This document shows, piece after piece, positions 33,707-46,800 of a stretch of DNA of 64,000 nt (positions are counted from its first letter, which is position 1; the number at the start of each line of letters is the position of its first letter). The stretch covers positions 13,614 to 77,613 of the forward strand of contig DF237386.1 of assembly GCA_000708835.1 (NCBI GenBank). Reading direction: 5' to 3'. This DNA is from Klebsormidium nitens (Eukaryota > Plantae > Klebsormidiophyceae). The position numbers and the translations under genes are program-made. Under the pieces are notes generated by a model, which saw nothing but the letters and a program-made list of their open reading frames with translations, had not been told where the DNA came from and ran no database searches.

Positions 33707-36700
33707 CTACCGCATATGCACGTCCACCGGAAGGTCTCCGGCTGGTTTCATCACGATCCCGGCCAGCACTTTCATCGGCCACGCGGGCGTGTCTGGCCGG
33801 GTTGAGAATCTGAAGCTTTGATAGAGCATGATCAAGGCTAGTTGCGCCTCCTCCATTGCGAACCTGAAGGATAAGAGTGCACCAGACCCAGTTAGAAGAA
33901 GCTGAAAAGGCAAGAGCCAGCATGCCATAGGCAACTTTGGCCGTTAACCACGGATGGTTATGGGCTGGTCAAGAAGTGGTTATCTGTCCGATTACCAGAT
34001 TTGGGCGGTAAGCAGCCTTGGAGAAAGGTTAAAAACCGGCTACTTATCCAGTAACCTGAGATTGAGTCTGGTAAACAGCCCGGTTAGCGGCCGAGAATTC
34101 CTGTGATGTAGAAGAGGGTGGTGCAAGGATACCGACAAATATTTTGACACACGCCAGCATCTAAATATGCAACGCCTGGACTTCTTCCAGGGCAGTCTCT
34201 AAAAGCTGCCGCTGCAAAGCGAACTCGCTTGTTTATTTCTCGTCCGCGAATACGTCAGGCAGAGCTGTTGCATAACAACGCCTCAAAAAGTTCACCGCCT
34301 ATGCTGCCTATGCTCTTACTATCCTAGGTGCTCGTTAACTCAGATGATGGAAGAACGGTCCCCTCGAATGTACAGAATCCTGGTCGCGCAAGGCAATAAC
34401 GTGGCAAGAAGGGGCAGGGCAAGCGCTGACTCACTTGAAGCCCACACACATACGGGGGCCCAAACTGCAATATATAAAGTGAAGCGGACGTCAGAATGAG
34501 AAGCCTGTCGGACTCACACCCTGAGGAGCTTCCGTCACCGCTCCGCAGATAAAGGCTCAATCTGGACTTTGCCTGATTGATGTGACGAGCAGGATGAAAA
34601 GGAAGCCCCTCGTTGCATCCTAAAAGAATGAACATAGCACAGAAACAATGTAAAGCTGCCCGTTGCTTTATGCACTAAACGTGCGTTCCGGTCCATGCAG
34701 GTGAAGTAGGAGTTAAGCTGCTCTCTGTTTGGGAAAATTAATGTGAGATAAGCCAGCGACGACCCAGGACGCTATCAATTCAAGGCAGCAGGCTAGTCAC
34801 CAAAGTCCATTCAGCTAGAGCCAAACCGAAGCGCGCGGTTGTAAATTCGATCGCGCCAAGTAAAAGGGGGATGAATGGAAAGCTTTGCTTGTACAGGGAT
34901 AGGGAGGAGCATGACACCAAAAGGTAAGAGAAGCAGGGGGAATGCGTGATCAAAAGCGGATAAGCGGAAGGGTGCCTCAAAACCTGCGCTTCCCAGATCG
35001 TCTCTGCCAGATGTTCAGCTTCAGCGAATCAAGCTCGTAGTATGGAGCCATCGTCGTTTGAAAGTCAGAGCCGCGAGAAGGGACAAGAAGGAACACAGGA
35101 AGATTTAACCAGGCTGGTTACCAGACCTGGTTGTCAGGTTGCTGGACAGATAACCGGGCTTTAACCTTGTTCAAGGCTGGTTGCCGCCCAAGCCTGGTCA
35201 TTGGAACAACCAACCAATTTTTAACCAGCCCATAACCATCACGGTCAAGGGCCAAAATGTCCTATGGAAGATTTAGATAGCTTACCCAAACGGCAGATAG
35301 GCGTACGGGTGCCTTCGAAGTTGCTCCGCTCCCTGGGGGTCAAACCGCTCCGGCCAAAAGCGGTCGGGATCCGCAAAGTAGAGCTCGTTGCGGTGCATGT
35401 TATTGATCGCCAGCCACACTTGGGTGCCCTCGGGAATGCGGACGCCCGCAACGTCCAACGTGCGGTTGGCTGTCCGCGTGACCATGGGAGCCACCGGAAA
35501 GATCCGCAGCGTCTCCTTCACAACCTGCAAACGTCCCGACAGAGAATTTGGGTACGGCGTCCGACCATAAGGGCACGATCTGCAATTTCAGGACCGCGCT
35601 GTCCGTTCTAGAAGGCTTCTCACAGGAGTCAGAAGGTGAAGCAGATACATCGACAAAACAAGAGCAAAAAGCGCATGAGGGCTCCGTCGAAGTCGGTGGA
35701 CGATTCGAAACGCAAATCCTGTTTAGTTTTTCCGGGTTAATCGTGTGCAGCGGGTTCCACCTCCAAGGAACGTCCGTTTTTCTGGGGGATGAACAGGGGA
35801 AAGATCGCATGAGCGTCTCTGTAACAACCTGCTCGGAAAAGAAAGATTATAAGGTTCGGTTACGAGGATGGTTATCCACCTCCGAGATGTCTCGCCAGTT
35901 CGTAGAGCACTGAGAGGTCGGATACGGGACTCTATCAAACGTGATGCGAGTAGAGAGTCATGGGTTTTCATGAGCACTTGCAACAGTTCTGACCGAGTTT
36001 TTGAAGGTCCCAATCTCTGAGGCCTGTTCATAGGTCCGGCTGAGGGGAACTGTTTAAAGGACAGCAGCATAGGACAAGCTGAGGGAGGAGTTTCCAAGTT
36101 GAGAGCAGAGCCGGTCTTCAACACCAACTACATGTTACTCTAGGCTAAGGCTGAGTGTTGACGTTTTGGACCAACGGAAGGTGCTAGACAATTCGAAGTA
36201 GCCGCACTTTCGGCCCTTGCACGCTTATTGGCAGATCAAATCTGTAGCCTGTTAACCTACTTTTGCCTGACCCACCAGTCCAGCGCATTACGAATTGGGT
36301 TACGAAACCTGACGTGTATGGCACAGGCCAACACATGTCAGCTTTCGGACGCACCTGCTCAACGTACGGGTACTTGGACAGGTCCGAATAGCGCGGCTCC
36401 TTGATGCCAGCCTTGGCGTTCCGGTCAACTTCCTCATACACCTTCGCTTGCGCCTCTTTGTTGAGCGTCAGGAAATAAACTGCGGGAAGAGAGAGCTTTC
36501 ATTGACTACAGAACAGTTGTGGTCATGAGGCATCACCCAAAGTAAATCGGGACCCGGTTTTGAGTACACTTCTTAGTATGGGCAGGGAGGAATACGTCCG
36601 ACACCAATCTAAAAAGGGAGACTATTCAGTACTGCTCTTATCATTTGGAGTGAATTTTCCAGTCGGATCCGTTCTTAGAGTCGCGTCAAGATCGTAATCA

Positions 36701-39700
36701 ATCCTGGTCCTCATTAATAAAGCGACCGACTTGCTTGAAAAGGAGGACCGGTTAAGAAACTCTCCTTGCTTTCAACGTTGCGAGCCTTCTTGGAACTCGT
36801 GAAATGCGACTGCAGCATCAGCAGCTGCCCTCGTTGTACCTTTGTCCGTAAAACTTGCTGTTCTTCCAGAATTTTGTATCCCGCCTAGGGAGTACGCTCG
36901 CAAGAGTGAAATCAAACTCAAAGGAATTGGCGGGAGCCCGCACAAGCGGTGGAGCATGTGGTTCAATTCGATGCAATTGTGCGGCATGATCCGTCGAGCG
37001 GCGCGCAGCTTTGAGCCCAATCGAGCGAGAAGAGCACTCAATACTTTACGGTGCGTGCCTATCGTCTCTCCGGGTCACAATGAAGTAACAAAGGTCTGGG
37101 CAATGACGACCAACCTGCCATCGCAATCGTCGTGGCAGTTGTCTCTGATCCCGCCACCAGCACTTCCATTGAGATGGCGCGGATCTCCTTGTCAGACAGC
37201 TTCCTCCCCGTGTCCTTCACACGAGCCGTTCTGAAATAGGAATCAAGCAGGTCGTTCTGAGCCGTTGATCTCCGCAGGAGAAGAGAAAGTTTCCAGGCAG
37301 GTCAATGTGCAGTTTTCGACATCGGTGTTAGCCGTTCATAAGGTGCGTTTGGAAGGCCAGATTGTTCAAGCAGGTTCAAACAGCCACTGGTCAAGCTACC
37401 TTGTTTGTGGGATCTGCGGAAGTGGTACACATGTTGTTTTCGAACCAGTAGATCCCCTTGGCTCAAAACATACGACGCATATTGACGGATCTGCGAGGTG
37501 GGTTTCAATGTGGCTTTTTTGAAGGGAAGGTAAACATGGCCAACTGCGCGCAAGAAACTTATATGCAAGAATATAGAGGAAGAAGGGGGCACGTACCTCG
37601 CCAGATACGTCAGAAAGTCTCTCTCCGCGCTGCCACCTGTCCTCCTCTCATGCGCTGTTTGCTGCGCCACGTCCATTAAGATCCTTCGGTTGACATAACC
37701 CATGTTCGCAAGGGTTCCTGGAATCCGCTTCAACACCTCGGCCGTCCAGTCTTGGATGTACTTCGGGAAGAAGAGGCCGACGATTGTGTCAAGAGGCGCA
37801 GCCTTGCCAAACTTCATGGCGTCAATGACACCGTTCCCGGCAGCAACGAGAGGACTCGTGGTTGACTCGTTCTGGGCATCAAACTGCAGCACACAAACGC
37901 GAAGAAGACATCACCGAATGAGACGTTAAGCTAAAGGGAACGTTGGTAGTTGCAACCGTTGCCGCTCCCCAACTGCTGACGCATACTGGCTTTGAATGAG
38001 TTCGGAGAGACTTGGTGCGAAAAAGTCCGGAAATTACTACTACACACAATTGCCCTGAAGGGCTGCAAGTTAGTCCTAACCGGGGTTCGCGAACCGGAAA
38101 ATCCAAAGAAAATATGTCTCGTAAACGGCTGCATGGTGCAGACAGGGCGGCAAGAGATGAGGCCCTGCGGTGTTGCGCAATGAAAATAAGAGCGTTCCTG
38201 ACTGATGCCCAATGCAGGCTGGGTCTAGTAATGTTTAACTGTGTCTCAGGTGGCAGAGCGATTAAGTGTAGACCATTCTTTCGTCTGGCTTGTGACACAT
38301 TCTCGTCGGATGGGAGATTCTAGCACCCCTGCACTTAAGTTGAACCCTTCCGACGAGAGGTCACCTTGCGCTTTGCATTCAGAATGAGAAGGGAGAATCT
38401 AGAGGTATGCCTACAAACTCCCCTCAGTGGACAAAGCGAAACCAAGACTTTTAAAGGGCAACCTATAGACATTCAGGAGAAGCAGGAGTCGCAAGCTCGC
38501 CCTAATACCAGGTTCACTTCAGCTGATCGCATGTTTTTCACTAGAACACTTTATGCAAACGCGCCCAAAAGGACGATCGCTCACATCGACCCCGAAGGCT
38601 GCCCTCCCAATGATGTCAATCGCCAACTGCTGCGTCAAGCGCTTGAGTTCAATCGGCTTTTCCTCAGAAATGGCCGATGTAAGCCTGGCTTGCATCTTAT
38701 GGAGAGCCCCGTGGATTGCGAGCGCGTAAGCCTCTAGTTGCTCGCTGTGGAAGAGGGGCATGACAGCACTTCTAGCGCCAGCCCAATATGCACCTCTGCA
38801 GAAAAGAGTCTGTGTTTGAAAAGCTTTCAATGAGAACAGGATGCGACCTATTAAGATGTGACGAGACTGCAGGCCCCTTCTTGACTTACTGAACGCACTA
38901 TCTATGCACATATCTCATACACAACCTGAGAGAAGGTGGTTTGAACAGAAGCTGGAGGGAGGAGAGTAGGGAGGATTTAATGATTTTTGGATGCTTTGAG
39001 ATGCCTTTTCACCCTGTCTCTGAACTTGTTACTGGCCCAGCATCCTATTCTGGTACATGTCAGCTTCAGTTTTCAGCAGTGATCTCGTAAGTATTCCACT
39101 CTGAAACGGCAGGGCTTGACCTGCTTTTGTTCCGCCTTCACCAGCTTCAACAATTAACAGGGGGCAGCCCTTCCCGCCACTAGCTGTATCCATTTTCTAA
39201 CCTCCAGCTTTAGAAATAAACCTCTCCTCTTGTAAGCACACCACTTTGAAGTCTTGAAAAAAGAAAAGATCAACAGCGCCTAGGCTCAATCTTTTCTGAA
39301 ACAACGCGCTTTTCTTAATCATCATATCGCAATTCTGTGTAGACTAAACAAGAGAGGTTTTCCTAATAAGCAAGCGTACTCAACCCTGACCGCTCTTGTA
39401 ATGGCATGCCGTGGCTGATAGAGAAGCGAAGGACAAAGAACCTACTTTGAGAAGACGATGCCGACCGGTGCTGTCTCAGTGGACTGCATGGGAGGCCGTG
39501 TATGGAAGTCCTGAAAGAGCTTCACTCCCACAGTCTTGATGCTCTCAGCGTCACTGAGGACCACAATTGGAGATGGCCCCATGAACAAGCGGAACACAGG
39601 GCCATACTGGAGCGACCACTGATAGATCAGCTCAGGATACTCCTTCTCCGCTAATTCTGGGAGGTTTCCGATGAAGGGGCGGAAGGAGGGGCCTGCAGAT

Positions 39701-40653
39701 TTTTGAGAAACAGATTGACGGATGCGGCATTTGACTAGTGCCTGATTGTGGTGCTTTCAGAGACTCAGCTTTAACACTTCGGCTTTCACGTTAGCAGGGG
39801 GAGATTTAGCTAGGGGCTGCGCTTCTCCTTTTTAGAGAATGCAAGGGTTTTACAAGCTGCCACTATCTGAAAGCTGAGGGGCCTAAACAAATGATTGTCA
39901 GGTTCCAGCCCCCTCTGGCATCGCTTTCCTAAAGGATATACAGCTGTGCAAAAATTGAGAAAGCTGGATAGCATCTGAAGTGGCAGCAACTCAATGAAGA
40001 TACTGCTCATAACGAAGGTTAACGCAGCTCTTTGATTTCTGGCACAACTTGCGAGGCCACGCATCAACTCAACCCAAGAAGCATGTCTCTGCAGTTGATA
40101 GGACAGGCACCGTAACAAATTTGCCAGGGGTTTTAGGTGCATTGGTTTTGAAAGACGGGAGGTGGTGCTCAGGGGTGGGGTTGCGAGAGTGATGAATGAC
40201 CACACGCACGTAGAAACTCAAGGTTGAAGGTAGAGAGAACAACAGATTGAGAGTTCTTGACTTTCTGAAATGGGTGTACCTGATCTCAAGCTTTGGAGTG
40301 TTCAATGCTGCTCAACAACTAAAAGAAGCGCAGCTTTACATGGCTCCAGAAGCTCTCACGAACACAAATGCTGGATCACCGGCCTGGAAGTACCAATTGT
40401 ACTCAACCAGAGGTTCAATGCTCGTGACCTCAGTTCAAACCTCTCTCAATATATGCTACTCACCTGGAATATGCCGAAACCTGACTGCAGGTGCCAAACC
40501 CCAGTGAAAGACGGCGGTCAGAATCAGGGTGGTCAAGGCAGCCAGCCAGGAGCCCCAGAAGACAGTGCACAGGAGACAAGCTCCTAGAAAAAGAGCCGAG
40601 ACGAACTGCCTCGCGCCTTTCTGCCGCTCTAGTTTCTTTGAACCAGCTTTCAT
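33707..40653 (-). CDS. CYP711: Cytochrome P450, CYP711 (MAX1-like) clan, ~533 aa, 9 exons
   Basis: Exons 40653-40464, 39692-39446, 38795-38585, 37883-37597, 37230-37115, 36479-36355, 35524-35286, 34464-34435, 33863-33707 sum to 1602 nt in frame. N-terminal membrane anchor, IPGP, YGPVFRLFMG, I-helix VLVAGSETT, ETLR, PERFDPQG, heme motif [21 protein letters not shown]. The P450 call is secure; the clan call rests on recalled similarity to MAX1 (PERFDPNG...HPYAFIPFGIGPRACVG). Confidence 0.9.
33931..35262. repeat. ~150 bp inverted repeat pair (33931-34092 and ~35104-35262) in the two introns flanking the P450 microexon
   Basis: The reverse complement of 33939-34092 (...AACCGGGCTGTTTACCAGAC...TCAGGTTACTGGA...TTTAACCTT...CAAGGCTGCTTACCGCCCAA...GACCAGCCCATAACCATC...GGCC) aligns along its length with 35104-35253. 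Confidence 0.88.
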
Positions 40654-43249
40654 GGTTGCCCTGTTGAACAGGCCAAAGCGCTGCAGGATGCCAGGAGGCC
40701 GCCGCCAGGAAAAGATGCAGTGATGCTGCGCAAATTTCTTTAGCCAATGCAAACTGCAACTTATGTAGATATGCTTTCCTGCGGCAGCAACAGCCGAGAT
40801 TGACAGAGTAGGGCTTGCCGGGTGTGTTTTCCTAGAGGATACCGTACTAGCTAGAATAAGTGCACTGGCAGATAGGAGAATGGTAGGTTGAAAGTCCTCT
40901 TCAAGCTAAGCAGAATGCAATCACTTGCAGGGGGTGCACAGGATCTTTGAAACCGTGGTGTCTTATGTCAGCGTAGCTCGTTTGCAACAAGAATTGTATA
41001 ATGAGCTTTGAAGCTCATCATGCAGCTGAACAGCTAATTAATAGAGCCTGCTCTTTAACTATTAGTAATTGGTAAAACTTTACATAGTGCATTATTGACC
41101 TTGCCAAGTAGTATTTTCAACCTTTGTGCGCGGAGTGTTCAAAGTTCAAACCATCTGTACCGGACAACGGAGGCGAGCGCGGCGCGCGCGCGCGAAGATG
41201 GACTTTCAGTCGTTAATAATAATATAGCGTATTAGCGGGTTGATTGATTAGAGCCCGGCGCTTATTGCGGTCTCTTCTTCTGTTGCTGCTGTACACTTGC
41301 CTGCACTTGCTTAGAATAGGCTACTGCGGATTGACTAGTGTGTGACGACATTCCGACGAGAGGCGCGGCCACTCAGGGCCGCAACACTAGGACTTGCCCA
41401 TACCGGTAAGCCGGTATGCAGATTTAGTAGCAATTTTATCGAGTATACAGCCTGACTGCATGCAGACCTTGATGCAGACTGTTAGAGTGTCTTGCAGACT
41501 AGTACTTGTAAACTTGACACTAGACTGGTTAAGGGACTCATAGTAAGTTAGCAGACTTACTGCCTTAAGAGACTTGCATCCCGTGCAAGCTTCGAGCCTC
41601 TATAAAAGACAAGTAATTCTAGGGCCCTTGTTTCAAATTCAAGCCGCAGCACTCTTCCAGAACATCACTTTCGAGCTCGAGTCACAGTGACCTCCCTAGT
41701 GGACTCCCTAGCATGGTTCCGACTTCCAACTTTGGCAGTCCTTTACAGTGGTACGACTCAGCATTAGTAATTTGACGTGCTATTATCGTTCGCTCTCGTT
41801 ACGGCGCCAGTCTTCACAGCGTTCCCAGTGCGCGGCGACGCTGCAGATTGCAGCATGGTGAAGGACCCAGTAACGGATCACAGCAAACGTGAATGAATGG
41901 TTAGACGTGTGGTCTGATAGGAATGGAAGATAGGATCGACAGTCCTTACCATGAGATGTGCTGATCATGAAAGCATATATATACAGGACTAGTAATACTG
42001 CATGTGATTGATACTGTAAGGTAGTTTTCAGTCGAACAGTGCACTGATCGTTCTGCAGTTCTGGGACATGGTTTGTATGCATTGTGGCTGTGCATACAGT
42101 AAATGAACAAATCAAACTCTTATAACAGCATCTTGCAGTCATTCAACACACTGAAACACTGACCACCGATTGCACCACCGTCGTTGTGTAATTTTTATAC
42201 AAAACAGTGACAAGTCAATGCCAGGTGAAACCCGTACACAGAACTGACTGGTCCGTATCCACATCCGACAAAGTAGGACAGCCGACTGTCCTAACTGGCG
42301 TCCCTGTGCATCATTCGATCACGGGCGATACCCTTCATTGGCGATAACCCTCATTGCCAGCCTCAGTGGTATGGGACAGTGAGGGTTCATTGAATGATAC
42401 GCATCAGTTCAACAAGCTTCCGCACTCTCAGCGTAAACCCGCAGTTCCGAAAAGTGACTGGGGTACAGATCTGTAGAAAATCGACCAACGACGCGCGCTA
42501 CATTTATCGACGGGCCAGCGATTGGAACACGTGTCCCCGGCAAGTTTGGCACGCCCGTCCAGTTTGGCCTCAGACGAGTTTTCGGAGCGCTTTTCCATTA
42601 GCACCCGTCCTTCCAACAGTGGGTCACCACGATTGGTAAACGAATTGACTAAAATGGCCAGGCTTGAGCCCAACAGATGAACTGTCGCCATCACGGCAGA
42701 AGAGAACGCCGGTCTGACGAGGGTCCGGAGCCCGTTTTAGGACGAGAATGTCGGGACAACCTGAGGAATTGGTTCCTGAGATGCTGCCATGCATGGGGTC
42801 GAGGAAAAAGTCCCCTCTCCTCAGCATGCCGACAGCGTACTCCGTTTGAGAGAACACGAATCAAGGAAGAGAGATCAGTCTTTGGGGGAGGGCTTTTACG
42901 AAGCCATTAACCCCCAAGAAGAGGTCGCCTTGAGCGTGAACGATTGGATTTTAAAGAGGCCCGACCCCAGACTGGAGGGGGCCGTCCATAGAACGGTGGC
43001 CATTTCTGATGAGTCTGCTTGGCACGTGCTTTGTTCGCTCGGGGTTTTTCGCTTCTGTTTCATAACTCTGCAAGTGATTCTAGCCGTATGATGCCAACTG
43101 GCTTGATCAAGCCAGATGATCGTAGGGATAGCCCACCCTTACGCGCTCAGATGGAGCATTGTATGGAATTTGGACGACCTAACCGACCTCGCGATGGGTC
43201 GAAGATATTTCCCGGGGGTAACAGCTACTGGCGCGATCGGGATTGAGAC

Positions 43250-43710
43250 ACAAGCGTACAAGCACGAAATGTTCCCTGCCCTCACGTGTCTCAATCCTGC
43301 CTTGTTCAACCTTCGAAGACGTTCTCTCCTGTCGCAGGGTCGGCTGTCGGTGGCGGCGCTTTTGTGGGCGAACTGCGATGCAAAGTGCATGAGCTTTGCA
43401 AAGTCGGAGCGAGATGGATCTACTCCGTGAACCAATTTCGCAAGACGAGTGTTTGGTGCGAGCTGTGGCGACCGTCCCGTTTAGTAAAACGCAGATGTTC
43501 ATCTGAATAGGCTTTTGTGAAGCATAAGAGGAGCTTCCAGTGTCGACCTTCCGGTACCTTCTCTATTTTGGCAACGGAGAAGAGTTTATACGTCAACGCC
43601 ATCTTTGAAAGGACTTTCGCAACACTTCGAAGTAGAAGATGTTAGTTTACCTTTCTGTGCACGAGACTGTTTAACGTAACAGTCGGCGGTAAGATTTGAC
43701 CAGTTACTCC
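43250..43710. repeat. Dispersed degenerate repeat, copy B (homologue at 33085-33590)
   Basis: Same conserved blocks as copy A, in direct orientation, ~10.1 kb away. Confidence 0.8.
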
Positions 43711-43877
43711 TGGTTCCATCGCCTGTTAAAGTTTACGAAGTCTGACAACCTTCGAACCCCCTTGAAGCCGAAACAAGATCAGAAGGAAACAGAAGTTCAT
43801 ATCTCGAGCCAAGAGCCGAACTCAACAACATCAAAAGCACGCAGCTGTGCTTAATGACAAGAGGAGTTTGCTTGAAC

Positions 43878-46800
43878 TCACAGCTGTGGGCAGGTCTGGT
43901 GCAGTCGTCGAAGCGCATCCCACGCTCTAAACGCACTCCCTTGCGCGCCGTAGAACCGCTCATCGCAGCCCGCGTGGATGACTTCCACGTGGCGCTCCGC
44001 CGTCGCTTTCCGCCATTCGCGTTCCGTTATGGTTCCGTCGATTATGGTCAGAAACGCGTGCAAACCCGGGGTTACGGGCCAGGTCGTTCCGCTCTTCCGG
44101 AGCGTTCCGTAGGCCTCTGACACGGCGGAAGGAGCGAACAACCGGACGCTTGGGCGAGGGCAATGAGTGGAGGTAAAGGAGAAAGGGGTCGCCGGTTACG
44201 ATCTCTCGCTTCGCATTGACGATGCTGGTTTGGAGGATGACCCACGCTTCCGGCGCGGTTCCGGTGCCGTGCCGCCGGAACGCCCACGGACCGCCGGATC
44301 GGGACTCGTCGATCCACCTTGAAGAAATCACAAAAGGTGACGTTTGATTTGGGCTCTCCTCGCGAGACGGTGATGCCTACTGCTCCTTGTAGGTTGCACA
44401 AATGTTAAACGTGTACCGGTCTAGCTCAAGCCGATCGCTAAGCGTGCGTTCTTTGACCTTTAACCCCTTATAGATTGCACAAAGTGAAAGCGCAAGTGGC
44501 TCCGCCTTCCTGAGCTTCCTGGGTGATTGCTGTTGGTGATCTTCAGAGTAAGAATTTGATGCTTCCAGTAGCTGTCATAGTGTCTGGAAATATTGACTGA
44601 AGGCAGCAGATATTATTCGTGGGTAGCTTTTGTCTAGATGCCTCGCTGTCCGCCCTTGTTCCACTGGGGGCATCTACGGTCTCTGCAAAACGTCGGAAGG
44701 TATCTGCTATCTCATAAGGTGCCCAGAAACTTTATGATCAAAAATGCATTGCGTCCTCATTCTTGACGTCTTCGAACCCTATCCGACAGTGGGATCAAGC
44801 TTCCTGCTTGTATGTACGATTAGAGAGACACGCCTCCGTCAGTTTGCCTTTAGGAGAACAGCAGAAAGAAGCCCACCTTTGCACGTCGCCGGCATTGACG
44901 CTTCCTTCAACCCGGTGAATCTCGAAATGGGTGGAGGGAACCTTCAGGATAAGTTCCTTATACGCCGTCAAGTCGCTTAGGGGCCCGATCAGATCGTCCA
45001 ACAAGCAGAAGTCCTCCTCTAAGAATCGCTTCGCTCTCAGCTTTTCCACGATTACGCCCACGTCTCGTTCCAGTTTGTCTTTGTAGACTGGAGGCGAGAC
45101 GGTGTGAAGCAAGTCGCTGGTCAAAAGGCCGCTTTTCTCCTGCATGCAAGAGGAAGAATATTTTTGCGCGCATCGTTCTTGACGGGATCGAAGCGGCCGT
45201 AAGATGCCTGAGAACGGCTGCCAAGCTGTGCCAAGGCCCGAAGATTTGGAAGATTGGTCAAGCTATCGAGGTTATGACCTGCAAGTCGCTTGCTAAGGCA
45301 GGAGCTGTCGCAGCCGCGAATCAATTTGTTCCTCATCGGGCGATTTTACATTGATACCTTTTGCGCTGCACAGTTCAGCAATCTGAATTGCAGAGCCGCT
45401 TAGTTAAGACTCACCATCAGAGCGTGTACCGCAAGCGGACACACCCTGACCAGCTGCGGATGTAAATACGCATTTGCTGAGGGCTCATGACGGTCCCCGC
45501 ACCACAGGTCGGTTCTCCGGCGGGTAACCGCGAAGCGCGCGTCAATCAAAGAAATCAACCCCGCGCATTCCAGGTCCTCCCATTTCAGGCCCTCTTCGGC
45601 GCCGCGCAGAATTGTCTTCTTTCTGTAAATGCGCGCTTCAACCGCGCTGTAGCTGAAAACGGTCCGCAGGAGCTCCGCTGCGGGGCCCGGTTCCGTAGGG
45701 AGGTTCCGGAGCGGAAGTTCCGCAGCAGAAAGTTGGCGCGCGGCCGCGGCGGCGAGGCGCGCGGCCGCGTCGGGGAGGTCGCGCCCGCGGGAGGACCAGA
45801 ATCTCAAAAGCCCCTCGACTGCATCATGAGGAAATCCAACTGTAACAAAATGGGGTTTCTAAGACACGGTAGCCCCTTGAATCTTTCCTCAAACGCTAAC
45901 GGTGTCCACCACAACTTGTGCTGGCGAGGCTCTGGCGCAGATGACATACTCGAGAGAGATAATAATAAGCCTGGACATAAATATGATCCAACTAACTCAA
46001 AAATTCCTAACCCCTAAACACTACCTGCTCCGCACCGGTGCCCACCTAGCGCCCAAAGTAACCCTATCCTTATTATTATCTTGGCTTATTACTCTTTGTC
46101 TTGAGTTCGATGCAGAAAACGCGTGCTAGCCATTCTACGGCTAGAAGAACCCTAATCTTTTAGCTGTCCCGTACGCAGTTCTTAGACAAAGGCGAAGAAC
46201 GATTTTGATTCACGTAACTCACCATGCTAAAGAGGGAAAAGTGAAGGAGACGTAGCACCTCACCATCTAAAATGTTTTCCTTCCCGTCGCCTCCGCTCAT
46301 GCAGACCAGTGCGAGCTCGAGCAGACCAGGGTCACCCTGAACTAGATCGAGGATGACGTCGACGTGTTTGGGGATGGTCCGGAAACGCCGTCCGCCGATG
46401 CGTTGGACGAAGTCGAGAACGATGTACGACACGTCTTCCTGTGAAACCGTAGAGTGAGAACATTCAACTTTCCTTCTCTTTCAGATATTGAAGGCTTGAG
46501 GATCGTTCAAATTGCGAAGAGCACAGCAGGGAGGTAACTTTCAGGGGGCAGTATCCACCCAAAGGGTTTCTTTTGATGGTAGCGAGTCACGCTTTGATCA
46601 ATAATTGAAGGCTTGAGGATCCTGCTTTAGAGGCCCCAAGTAAGCCCGTCTCGGAAAGTCTTCAAGCTGAAACCTTCGAGGAAAAAAGAGAGGATATTCA
46701 TCAAACAGAGGGAACGAGGGAACGAGCGAACGAGCAAACAATCAGAAAGGAGTGGATGAGAAATGGATAGAAGATACTTGAGATTCTGTCCATGCAGTTG

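Noticed and set aside
42700-43000. LKRAPDPR (minus strand) and LKRPDPR (plus strand) peptides suggesting an inverted duplication
   Set aside because: The match is only a few residues with little nucleotide support and is compatible with chance.
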